Shown piece by piece: positions 37,444 through 47,993 of a stretch of DNA of 64,000 nucleotides. Source of the DNA: Eledone cirrhosa (lineage: Eukaryota); contig CAXHJY010001477.1 of NCBI GenBank assembly GCA_964016885.1, positions 248,001 to 312,000 on the forward strand, read 5' to 3'. The notes under the pieces are model-generated. The model was not told where the DNA came from. It was given only the letters and a program-made list of their open reading frames with translations, and did not search any database. Numbering within the stretch: the first letter of the stretch is position 1; every line of letters begins with the position of its first letter. A program made the translations under genes and the position numbers.

Positions 37444-37721
37444 ATCACTATATATATACTATTGTATTTTCACAGTAAAGGCTTTACCTCACATAATATC
37501 TCATATAACATCTCGTATACGAGAGACGTGTGTTGACGTGTGTGAACAAGCTCGGCTACCGAGTCGGATTTACTTACTCAAAAAATGAGTTTTGATTAAT
37601 TTTTTATACTGTAATATACGTTAACCCCTTACCTTGGTCGTCAAACTTTGAGTTTATTTATTTTCGCCCCTTTTTGGGGCGAATTTTCCAGTTAAAAATT
37701 TATTACGGCAAACTAATAGAA

Positions 37722-39389
37722 ATGGACGGAATTTTCACATCTCATCCTAACGTGAAAGCCACGCCCCCTAAGAAAGGTGATACAGAGAAGCTAGAAGCAC
37801 AAGGCTCTAAGTCTTCCCTCCTCACTTCTGCAAAAGAAAAATGGAACACGGAATTAAAAGAAAAATTTGTAAAAATGGGTGAAAACCCAGAAAGTCACAT
37901 AAACGCAGACAAAAACAACAACGACAATAACAGCAACAGTGACAACACCAACCAAGGAATAAATAACGATAACACCAAACAAAGCGAACCCACTACTGGT
38001 GCCTCCTTTGCACAGGCGGTCCGGAAAACACAATCCTGCAAGCAACTGGACATTACAACCCTGAGAGAAAAGATGAAGGAAGCGAAACAGTATGTAACTT
38101 TCAAAGAAGGAGGAGACTTCACAATCACCTCCCCACAAGAAATCAAAAGAGACACGACGCTAAGAACGATATCCTTCAGAACAATTTCCAACATAACAAG
38201 GAAACCAACTCAATTATCCCAAAAAGAGATTGAGCTGGTCCTAAAAAATGTGTGGAGTGATATATCGTTCATACAAAAAGAGCCACTCTATGGGAATATA
38301 ACGGTCCTAATGAAGGATCAATTGACGGCCAGGAAATACTCTGTGGCGCCAATTGTTTCCAAGCTACATACATTTTTCCCCACATATTTAGGGAAAAGAA
38401 CGCAGAAGATAAGGGTCTCCGGAATCCGGCCAAATGCATGCATTTCCTGGGTACTAACAGGATTTTTAGAAAATGAGGACGGAATCCTCTCAGTAGGAGA
38501 AGTCACCACAGACGTTTTCGGCGGTTTGAGCGTGGAGGTTCTGGTCCAAATGAGACCAGAACGAATAGCTAGAATACCACAGAGGGTGTCCCTCGATGGA
38601 GAAACATTTATATACATTTCAGCTGAGGGTAGGAGGCCCATATGTTACTACTGTTCAAGCAGGGGTCATCTAAGGGCTGCTTGTCCTCAATTGACAAAAA
38701 AAAAGGCTCTTTTGCCTACACCCCACACACCACCACCGCCACCACCACCACCACAACAACAACAAAAACAACACGGAAAAATAACACAAGACACGGCCCC
38801 ACCCAAAACAACTCCCAAAACACACACAATTACAACAAAACCCCACCTAGTGACGAAGAGGGGACCCTTCCAACCTGTAAAAAGAAAAAAAAGAAAGCAC
38901 CACTCGAACATAAACGAAACAAACACACAACCACCAACAAAAACAAAACAAACAGAACAAACAAAATCCGCCCCACCCCAAAACATAACACATACAACAA
39001 AACGTAAGCACACACAAGAACAACAAACAAACACAACACAAATAAAACAGTATACATACATTAACACAAATAACAAAGAACTCGTAAAAACAATACACAA
39101 AGACCCTTTGGTGGAAACTGAAGGGCAATTCTTTGCAAGCGCGGCCAACAAACCGCATTTAAAAATGATAAGACTCCCAATGGACACCTATGCAAAACTA
39201 AGAGAGAACTTTCCTGAGGACGTGGGGAAAACATGTACTCGACCCTATAACCGCGTCCTCTTGAAACGTTTCCCCACCCACACCTCACCAAACACCCCCA
39301 CTCCACCACAGAACAACACCCCACCAAACAACCCCTCCAATACGCCCATGGATATTGTGCAACCTGCTCCTCAGGAGCCGAACAGGTAG
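37722..39389 (+). CDS. Tx1 ORF1 (gag-like nucleic-acid chaperone with CCHC knuckle, Pro/Thr-rich C-terminus)
   Basis: Open frame from the first ATG at 37722. SFAQAV motif, CYYCSSRGHLRAAC, FQPVKRKKRK. Confidence 0.85.
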   Translation: MDGIFTSHPNVKATPPKKGDTEKLEAQGSKSSLLTSAKEKWNTELKEKFVKMGENPESHINADKNNNDNNSNSDNTNQGINNDNTKQSEPTTGASFAQAVRKTQSCKQLDITTLREKMKEAKQYVTFKEGGDFTITSPQEIKRDTTLRTISFRTISNITRKPTQLSQKEIELVLKNVWSDISFIQKEPLYGNITVLMKDQLTARKYSVAPIVSKLHTFFPTYLGKRTQKIRVSGIRPNACISWVLTGFLENEDGILSVGEVTTDVFGGLSVEVLVQMRPERIARIPQRVSLDGETFIYISAEGRRPICYYCSSRGHLRAACPQLTKKKALLPTPHTPPPPPPPPQQQQKQHGKITQDTAPPKTTPKTHTITTKPHLVTKRGPFQPVKRKKRKHHSNINETNTQPPTKTKQTEQTKSAPPQNITHTTKRKHTQEQQTNTTQIKQYTYINTNNKELVKTIHKDPLVETEGQFFASAANKPHLKMIRLPMDTYAKLRENFPEDVGKTCTRPYNRVLLKRFPTHTSPNTPTPPQNNTPPNNPSNTPMDIVQPAPQEPNR

Positions 39390-39410
39390 GTCCTTCCTCT
39401 TTTAACCAAC

Positions 39411-42400
39411 ATGGCTGATATAAGAGTTGGGTGTCTGAATGTACGCGGCCTGGGACTGTCTTGGAAACAAGGCAAACTTTTAAACGATCTCAGGTCGCAT
39501 AGAATGGAAGTAATGGCTATTTGCGAGTCCAGGATCAGCAGCGAGCACCAACTGGCGCCCCTCTTCGACGACTTTGAGATCTTCGCATCTCTCTGTCAAC
39601 CGGGGGGTGGGGGTGGAGTTGTCGTTCTGCTGCGAAAACACCTGGGCCTCGCCATACAGAAGGTGCACCTGGACCCGGAGGGTCGACTGGTGGTTTTAGA
39701 CGTCGGCAGTAGTGAAAGTGGAGCCCTTAGACTAATAGCTGTGTACGCCCCTTTTTGGGCAGCGCGGCCGGAATACTTCCAACGTCTGGAAACTTTTCTG
39801 GGAACGTCCCGCTCCTTGCTTTTAGTGGGGGACTGGAATGGTATCCTGGATGCACGTTGGGACTATGTAGGGGCATGTGCCAATAGAGGGGGGTGTAAAA
39901 GCCTCAAAAGGTTAATCGGCCGATTTGACCTGGCCGATAGATATCGACTAGATTTTCCGACTGTACCACTATGGACGTGGACCAATCGCAGCGGAACATC
40001 TAGGTCGTACCTAGATAGGGTCCTAGTTAGAGAGAAGGATAGGGACACATTTAGCTGTCCAAAAATGTTCATGGTTGACTATTCGGATCACAAGTTAGTG
40101 ACCTGCATAGCCAACCTTGATAGAACCCATAGACAGGGACCCGGTTACTGGAAGCTGAACTTGTCCTTACCGAGAAGCAAAGCTTACAGTAAACGGATTA
40201 GCACGTTAGTTAAGCAGAGTTTGACAGGGGCAATTGTCAACAACAGGTGGTGGAGCTCTCTTAAGAGAGCAATTAGAATAGAATCGATAGGTTTTAGTCA
40301 GGAATTAGCAAGGGATAGGAACAAGACGGAAAGGGAATTAGTAGATAGAGTAGAAGAGGCGATTAGGAGTGGCAATGTAGCCGGCGTGCTGGCATCAAGA
40401 ATGGCCTTAGACCAGTTCTTTGAGGTGAAGCATGAAGGCTGCGTTGTCAGGAGTAAAATACGTGCTCTGGGTAATGAGGGAGCCAAAGCTGTGAGCTGGG
40501 CCCGAGTGACAGAGGCAAAAAGTGGGAACAAGTCCACGATTCGGTCTTTGAAGGACCAGGATGGGCGTGTGATCCTTGAACCTGGGCAGATGTGTGCGGC
40601 CTTTCAGCGGCACTTTGCACGACTGTTCGAGAGGGGCGGCGCGCCGGGTGAGACTATGGATTTCAATCCATACCTCGACGGTCTGTCGCGCCTCTCGGAC
40701 GCGGAGGCGAAGTCCTGCGAAAGGACGATTTCAGCTGCTGAGATAGGGGCGGCGCTGAGCCAATGCGGCAAACGCAAATCCCCGGGTCTCGATGGTCTAC
40801 CATACGAGCTATATGTAGCGATGCCGGACTTGTTCTCCGATATCCTCGAAGCGGTCTACTGCAACTGGCAGCAGAACGGGAGAATTCCCAGTTCTGTGAC
40901 CAAGGGCGTAGTTACGCTGGTGAGGAAGGATGAGAACAAGGGGGATTACATAAGTAACTTCAGGCCCATAACTCTGCTAAATACAGAGTTAAAGATTTTG
41001 GCCAAGGTGTTAGCGAAGAGGTTGGCGCTTGTCGTCGGAAACCTGGTGGGAGAAGCGCAGACATGCGCAATCCCGTCCAGGTCCATTCACGACAATCTCC
41101 ACCTTATGCGATACATCATAGAGAGGGTAGGGAATGAACCCGGCTTTGGTGGGGCCCTGATCAACTTGGATCAATCTAAAGCTTTCGATAGGGTTGACCA
41201 TCGTTACCTGGATGCGGTGCTCGCGGCGGCAGGCTTCGGACCCGTTTTCAGGGGTTGGATTGCTGCGATGCACAGCAGCAACGTCTGCTCAAGGGTCAAG
41301 GTGAACGGCCACCTCTTGGAGCCGTTCCAAATCATGCGATCCATCCGACAGGGATGCCCTCTCTCCTCCCTACTGTATGTGCTGGCTCTTGAGCCACTAC
41401 TGCGGAAGTTGGAGCGGTTGCAGGGCATCCCTTTGGAACCGGGATTGCAGAAAGCGGCGTTCAGGAGCCAAGCTGAACCGGGACAAGTCCATCGGTTTGC
41501 AACTCGGAACATGGAGAGGCAAACCGATGCCCTCCAACGACGTCGTCGGACGCTGGACGGAGGGCCCGGTGAAGCTGCTTGGGGTCTGGTTCGGACCAGA
41601 CCTCCAGGTGGAGAAAAACTGGAACGAGGTAACGGCCAGGGTGTTTGCACTCACCCAGAAGTGGGCCCAGTGCAAACTATCCCTGAAAGGTCGAGCGGAG
41701 GTGGCGAATACTTATATAGCATCCGTCATCTACTACCGCTTGACCGTCATGCCTTGCCCAGTGAAAAGACTCGCCAAAATGGAGTGCGCGCTGTTCCAAT
41801 TTCTTTGGAACAAGCGAACCCCTTTGGTGAGGAGATCCATCTGCTGTCAACACCCTTCGAAAGGAGGGCTGGGGATGCCGTGGCTACAGATGCGTAAACA
41901 CGCATTAAGGCTACAGCACCTCCAGGTATTCCTCACCGGTCAACCGGTGTGGGCCCCATTTGTGAGGCGAGCCTTTCCCAGACTCGTCTCGCTCACCGAG
42001 CTGCAATCCTGGGTCAAGCAAAGACCGAGAAAAGTGGGCGACTGGCACATTGAATGTGCCCAGGCACTCACGGCCCTCTGGAAAGCGGACCCGGCAATCA
42101 GTGGAGACTCCACCTCGACATTCTATAGAGGGTTGGTACGCAGCAGGTGCGACGATGCTCTCGGAGAAGCTCTAGGCATGGAGGAAGATGAACTGGCCAG
42201 TCTGTTCTGTAGGACGTTTGGCCCTGGACCGATGGACAACTTCCAAAAGTCCCTGGCTTGGCAGTGCTACCGAGGGGCTCTACCCGTTCGAGACAAGCTC
42301 CACAGGCATGGGAGCCTGGGTAGAGATCCTTTGAATAAGATCTGTCCGAGATGCGTGCATGATGACGAAACCGTTGCGCACGCATTCGTACACTGCCCAG

Positions 42401-42758
42401 GCATTGCTGACCTGTGGGCTATGTGGAACGACTACTGTCGAGGGTGGGACCAATCCGGTTGACCACCGAGTCCATTGTCACGATCAAACCGCCTCCCCCT
42501 TTCAAAAACGAAGGAGAGGCGGTTTTTCTCTGTGTGATAGCTATGGCTAAAGAAGTTGTATGGTGGACGAGGCTGAAAGAGCTGAGGTCAGACACCTTTC
42601 TCTCCGGCCAACAACTGGTCCCCTTTTTCAAATACCATTTTAAAAGAAGGATCAGAATGGAGAGAGAGGTGCTCTACCCCAGCAAGTTTTACGAAAGGTG
42701 GGTGAAAGTAGGGAGAATGGCCAGAGTGAATGAGTCTTCTCTCTATATCAGCCTGTAG
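39411..42758 (+). pseudogene. Tx1 ORF2 (APE-RT-zinc finger) with YADD-region deletion and frameshifts
   Basis: GDWN, SDH, KSPGLDGLP, NFRPITLLN, LDQSKAFDRV and RQGCPLS, then a jump at ~41460 into SGAKLNRDKS in another frame. KGGLG and CPRC..ETVAHAFVHC follow. Second frameshift at ~42420. Confidence 0.9.
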
Positions 42759-42992
42759 GTGAAAGAAGAGGAAAAAGAGGAGACGAGGGAAGCACCTACC
42801 CTTTGTGCTCCTGAGGAGAAGGGTTGCACATTTTTTCCGGGGTGTGTGCGACCCATGTTAATGCCCCCTCCCTATTGAGGACTTCGTTTGTTGTTATTTC
42901 ATTGTTATATTTTTGTACTCGTTAATTATATGTAAACTTCCCCCCTTGTATCTGTCCCTACCTTTTGTGCCCTAGTGGCAAATAAAGAAACC

Positions 42993-44618
42993 ACTCTATA
43001 TATACTATTGTATTTTCACAGTAATGTCTTTACCTCACATAATATCTCACATAACATTTACATTACTCTATATATACTATTGTATTTTCACAGTAAAGGC
43101 TTTACCTCACATAACATTTACATTACTCTATATATACTATTGTATTTTCACAGTAAAAGCTTTACCTCACATAATATCTCACATAACATTTACATTACTC
43201 TATATATACTATTGTATTTTCACAGTAAAGGCTTTACCTCACATAATATCTCACATAACATTTACATTACTCTATATATACTATTGTATTTTCACAGTAA
43301 AGGTTTTACATCACATAATATCTCACATAACATTTACATTACTCTATATATACTATTGTATTTTCACAGTAAAGGCTTTACCTCACATAATATCTCACAT
43401 AACATTTACATTACTCTATATATACTATTGTATTTTCACAGTAAAGGCTTTACCTCACACAATACCTCACATAACATTTACATTACGCTATATATACTAT
43501 TGTATTGCCACAGTAAAGGCTTTACCTCACATAATATCTCACATAACATTTACATTACTCTATATATACTATTGTATTTTCACAGTAAAGGTTTTACATC
43601 ACATAATATCTCACATAACATTTACATTACTCTATATATACTATTGTATTTTCACAGTAAAGGCTTTACCTCACATAATATCTCACATAACATTTACATT
43701 ACTCTATATATACTATTGTATTTTCACAGTAAAGGCTTTACCTCACATAATATCTCACATAACATTTACATTACTCTATATATACTATTGTATTTTCACA
43801 GTAAAGGCTTTACCTCACATAATATCTCACATAACATTTACATTACTCTATATATACTATTGTATTTTCACAGTAAAGGCTTTACCTCACATAATATCTC
43901 ACATAACATTTACATTACTCTATATATACTATTGTATTTTCACAGTAAAGGCTTTACCTCACATAATATCTCACATAACATTTACATTACTCTATATATA
44001 CTATTGTATTTTCACAGTAAAGGCTTTACCTCACATAATATCTCACATAACATTTACATTACTCTATATATACTATTGTATTGCCACAGTAAAGGCTTTA
44101 CCTCACATAATATCTCACATAACATTTACATTACTCTATATATACTATTGTATTTTCACAGTAAAGGTTTTACATCACATAATATCTCACATAACATTTA
44201 CATTACTCTATATATACTATTGTATTTTCACAGTAAAGGCTTTACCTCACATAATATCTCACATAACATTTACATTACTCTATATATACTATTGTATTTT
44301 CACAGTAAAGGCTTTACCTCACATAATATCTCACATAACATTTACATTACTCTATATATACTATTGTATTTTCACAGTAAAGGCTTTACCTCACATAATA
44401 TCTCACATAACATTTACATTACTCTATATATACTATTGTATTTTCACAGTAAAGGCTTTACCTCACATAATATCTCACATAACATTTACATTACTCTATA
44501 TATACTATTGTATTTTCACAGTAAAGGCTTTACCTCACATAACATTTACATTACTCTATATATACTATTGTATTTTCACAGTAAAGGCTTTACCTCACAT
44601 AATATCTCACATAACATT
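42993..44618 (+). repeat. 72-bp tandem array, roughly 23 units, highly homogeneous
   Basis: Same unit as 3504-5390. Runs directly into the MITE right half (GAATCTATGAGATTTTGATG...). Confidence 0.97.
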
Positions 44619-44677
44619 GAATCTATGAGATTTTGATGTTATTTTTTTTAGGACTATACCTTAACATCATTATGAGT

Positions 44678-44753
44678 ATCCTTATGGGGTCGATAAAATA
44701 AAGTACCAGTAATGCACTGGGTAATTGCTGGCCTTGTGCCTAAAGTAGAAACA
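44678..44753 (+). mobile_element. 5'-truncated Nin/Deu SINE inside the MITE right half
   Basis: ATCCTTATGGGGTCGATAAAATAAAGTACCAG...AAACA. TSD ATTATGAGT at 44669-77 and 44754-62. Confidence 0.75.
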
Positions 44754-45059
44754 ATTATGAGTGGCTGATTACGGCTGGTTTGAACAGAAAGAGGTGAGAG
44801 AATTCTGGCTGGATATCCCTGGTTTAAATCTTAAAGAGTTAACCTATTATTTTAAGTGGTTCTTAAAGGAGCTGAAATTTTCTTGTGTCTTTTCCACGAT
44901 ATGTTGTCACTAATCATTCACCAGCCACTTTACTGAGTGTACTGGGTGTACTTTATAATGTCACCAGCACTTCCACTTTACAGAGTGGACTGGGTGTATT
45001 TTATGATGGCACCATCACTAGAGAGGTTGTCATGTCCTTGATAAGATTAAAGTGTATTT

Positions 45060-45510
45060 TCTATCGAAGCTATGGAGTGGGTAGGTCTAGGAAGACTTGT
45101 GATGAGGTGCTAAAAGCTGATCTTGCCCAATTGCACCCCTCAAAGGTGATGACACAGGACTGTGATCTCTGGCACTATGCAGCAATACAGAAGACTCGCC
45201 TTCCCATATGCAGGAGCTGAGGCATACATCTAGTACACACCACTTTCCTTCCCATCACCACGCCCCTATATCTACCGCCCCACCCCCACCCAAGTCCACA
45301 ATCTGCACCATAAAGCGGTCATCCTGGAGCCACAACAAAACGGCACCCAGTCCACACTGTAAATGTGTTGGTGTTAGGAAGGGCATCCAGCCATAGAAAC
45401 CAAGCCAAAATCAGTTCTGTGTGAGTAAGACATGGTCCTCTGACCTGGCTGTCTCGCACGTCTAACCCATGCTAGCCTGAAAATGGATGTTAAACAATGA
45501 TGATGATGAT
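45060..45510 (+). mobile_element. RTE 3' fragment
   Basis: GVGRSRKTCDEVLKADL..., 3' UTR and (ATG)n tail. Confidence 0.85.
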
Positions 45511-45889
45511 GTATCCATTCATTTCTTCAACCAATTTACAGTGTTAAAGAAAAATTAAAGTCTAGCCCAAGTCCAGAAGCTCATCATCCTGGAGCTTATC
45601 CCAGTTTTGTTGGTGTTAAATAACTGAGACAAGACTCTTCCCTGGTCAACATACATGTCCTTCATATGTTTAATCCCCAACTGCTAGTACTCATTTTCAT
45701 TTAAGTTGACTAGAGAACACAACAGGCCAGCCAATCCAGGAATTAACCCATCCTAGAGTGGAAGATGGACGTTAAACGATGATGATGATCATCATCATTT
45801 TACATCTGCTTTTCCCTGCTTGTAAGGGTTTGACGGGTCCTATTCAGCACAGCATCTCTCCACAATGAATATAGTGAAGAATTTAGTGT

Positions 45890-47291
45890 AATAGTAGGGG
45901 TTCACCAAGGCTTAACCCCCTCCTGTTTATTATTGTCCTACAGGCTATAACAGACGAGTTGAAGACTGGCTGCCCATGGGAACTTCTCTATGCAGATGAT
46001 CTAACGCTCATAGCTGAATCAATGGTGGAACTAGAGAAGAAATTCGAAACATAGAAGCATGGCCTAGAATTAAAAGGCCTAAAGTTAACTTGTCTAAGAC
46101 TAAAGTTCTAGTATGTAGATAGGAAAATAGGGTACAGGTGCCTCTGGGAAATGGCCATGCTCAGTGTGTAGGAAAGGAGTAAGCAGAAATTCCATATTAT
46201 GTCCCAAATGCATACTATGGGTACATAAAAGATGTAGTGGGATCATAGGAAAGCTTTCTAAGAATGTAGATTTTATATGTGGTCGATGCTCAGGTGCAAT
46301 AAGTAGCAAGTGCCCACAGGATACTAGCTCCTTCAAATGCCCAGACAGATCTATAGAAATAGTAGACACCTTCCATTACCTGGGTGACAAAATCAGCAGT
46401 GGAGGAGGGTGCTCTGAAAGTACAGTAGCCAGAGTTAGAACGGAATGGAAAAGAGTCAGAGAGCTAATACTGCTGTTGGCCACAAGAGGTTTTTCTCTAA
46501 AAGTGAAAAGCAGATTGTATGATGCTTGTATATGAATGGTGATATTACATGGTAGTGAGACTTGGGCGTTGTGTGCTGAAGACTGGCGTAGATTAGAAAG
46601 AAATGAAGCTTGCATGCTCTGATGGATGTGTAATAGTAATGTGTGCGAATGGCAAAACATAAACGAATTGAGAGAGAGACTGAGCATAAGAGGTATCAAA
46701 TGTTGTGTTCTGGAGAGGAGATTGTGTTGGTATGGACATGTGATGCGTATGGAGGACGACAGCTGTATAAAAAAGTGCAGGGCAATGAAAATTGATGGAA
46801 GCTGTGGAGTGGGTAGACCAAGGAAAACCTGGGACGCAGTGATAAAAGCTGACCTTGCTCACCTACACCTCTCTAAGACAATGTCACTGGATCGAGATCT
46901 TTAGTGCTATGCAGTTATACAGAAGACCGCCTTCCCTTGCATACAAACTTAAATCAACAGTCAGTAGGCACCTTTTAACCCAATATACACCCCACCCCAT
47001 ATGCCATATTCTACCCTCCCACTTCCGTCCAATATCGAGTGGTCATGTAGGTGTCATGATAAAAAACATCCAGTCCACACTGTAAAGTGGTCATGTAGGT
47101 GACACGGTAAAAAGGCTCCCCGTCCATACTTTAAATGTGGTTAGTGTTAGGAAGGGCATCCAGCTGTAGAAAACCTGCCAGGGACAGTTCTGTACGAGCA
47201 AGACATGGTCACCCGACCAATCTCGCCTCAAGTGGGACAAACCCATCCAACCCATGCTAGCGTGGAAGATGGACGTTAAACGATGATGATG
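45890..47291 (+). mobile_element. 5'-truncated RTE LINE
   Basis: GVHQG..., WELLYADDL, CSVC..CPKC..HKRC, YLG, ERRLCWYGHVMRM, tail (GAT)n. Confidence 0.9.
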
Positions 47292-47349
47292 TAACACCTG
47301 TACCAGCTATACTGGTTTTATTTTATAATTACACCAACTCTACAGAGTG

Positions 47350-47600
47350 AAGGAACATGGCCTAATGGTTAGGATGTTTGACATATAGTTGTAATGTTGT
47401 CAGTTTGATTCTTGGACAAACTACAGTTGTGTTCTTGAGCAAAATACTTTATTTCACATTTCTCCAGTAGATTCAGCAGAGAGTGAGTACCAGCAGAGGA
47501 GTTAATCTTGTGATAGACTAGTGTCCTGTACTTTCTACCTCACATAGCACCTAGAAAACCGGCCAGAGTACTGGCCTGATCACCCTCTGGGCTTATGACA
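47350..47600 (+). mobile_element. Diverged tRNA/CORE SINE
   Basis: CATGGCCTAATGGTTAG head and TTCTTGAGCAAAATACTTTATTTCACATT core. Confidence 0.6.
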
Positions 47601-47695
47601 GGCTTTAACTTAACCAACTCTAAAAAGAATGTTGTAAATAAATATTTATTACTCGTTAGTTTAACTGCTTATAAAAAAAAGGTAATAATACTTAC

Positions 47696-47889
47696 GCCTT
47701 TACTAGACTTCCGCATTATAATTGGGGGAGGCTCCATTTGGGTGATGAGTTGTGAAGATTTAACCTGCGGTTGTCTTTTAGGGGAGACCAGAGGAGATTT
47801 ACTCTCACTGCGACCTGGGTCTAAATTCCTTACTTCAAGACGACGAGGTTCATTCTTATCAACTGGCAGGATCTGGATCTCAACTTTAT
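47696..47889 (-). CDS. PDZD8: Host exon (194 nt, phase 1/0), low-complexity linker, probably PDZD8-like
   Basis: ttttgtag|...|gtaagt. Open frame KVEIQILPVDKNEPRRLEVRNLDPGRSESKSPLVSPKRQPQVKSSQLITQMEPPPIIMRKSSKG. Phase compatible with the 34617-34712 exon. Unique, non-repeat sequence. Confidence 0.65.
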
Positions 47890-47993
47890 CTACAAAACAT
47901 TTATGGTAAAGATAATAATAATAATATTATTAAATAATATTATTACTGTTGCTTCGATGGGTATGACATGTTAATATGTGTGAACAACGAAAC

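Larger units (their letters stand above)
37511..42992 (+). mobile_element. Tx1-clade non-LTR retrotransposon, copy B, end to end
   Basis: 5' UTR, ORF1, ORF2 (APE-RT-C-terminal CCHC) and a 3' UTR ending AATAAAGAAA. Flanked on both sides by the 72-bp repeat. Confidence 0.95.
35887..44838 (+). mobile_element. Composite element: piggyBac-like MITE expanded to ~9 kb (72-bp array + Tx1 + RTE + SINEs)
   Basis: TTAA (35883-86) CCCTATGGCTTTTACATT... and ...TAAATCTTAAAGAG TTAA (44839-42). With inserts removed, the sequence is colinear with 10292-10501. Confidence 0.75.

Noticed and set aside
1-40955. Two Tx1 copies as arms of a giant inverted repeat or foldback element
   Set aside because: Homology stops at the MITE TIRs and the copies differ by indels and substitutions; better explained as separate insertions.
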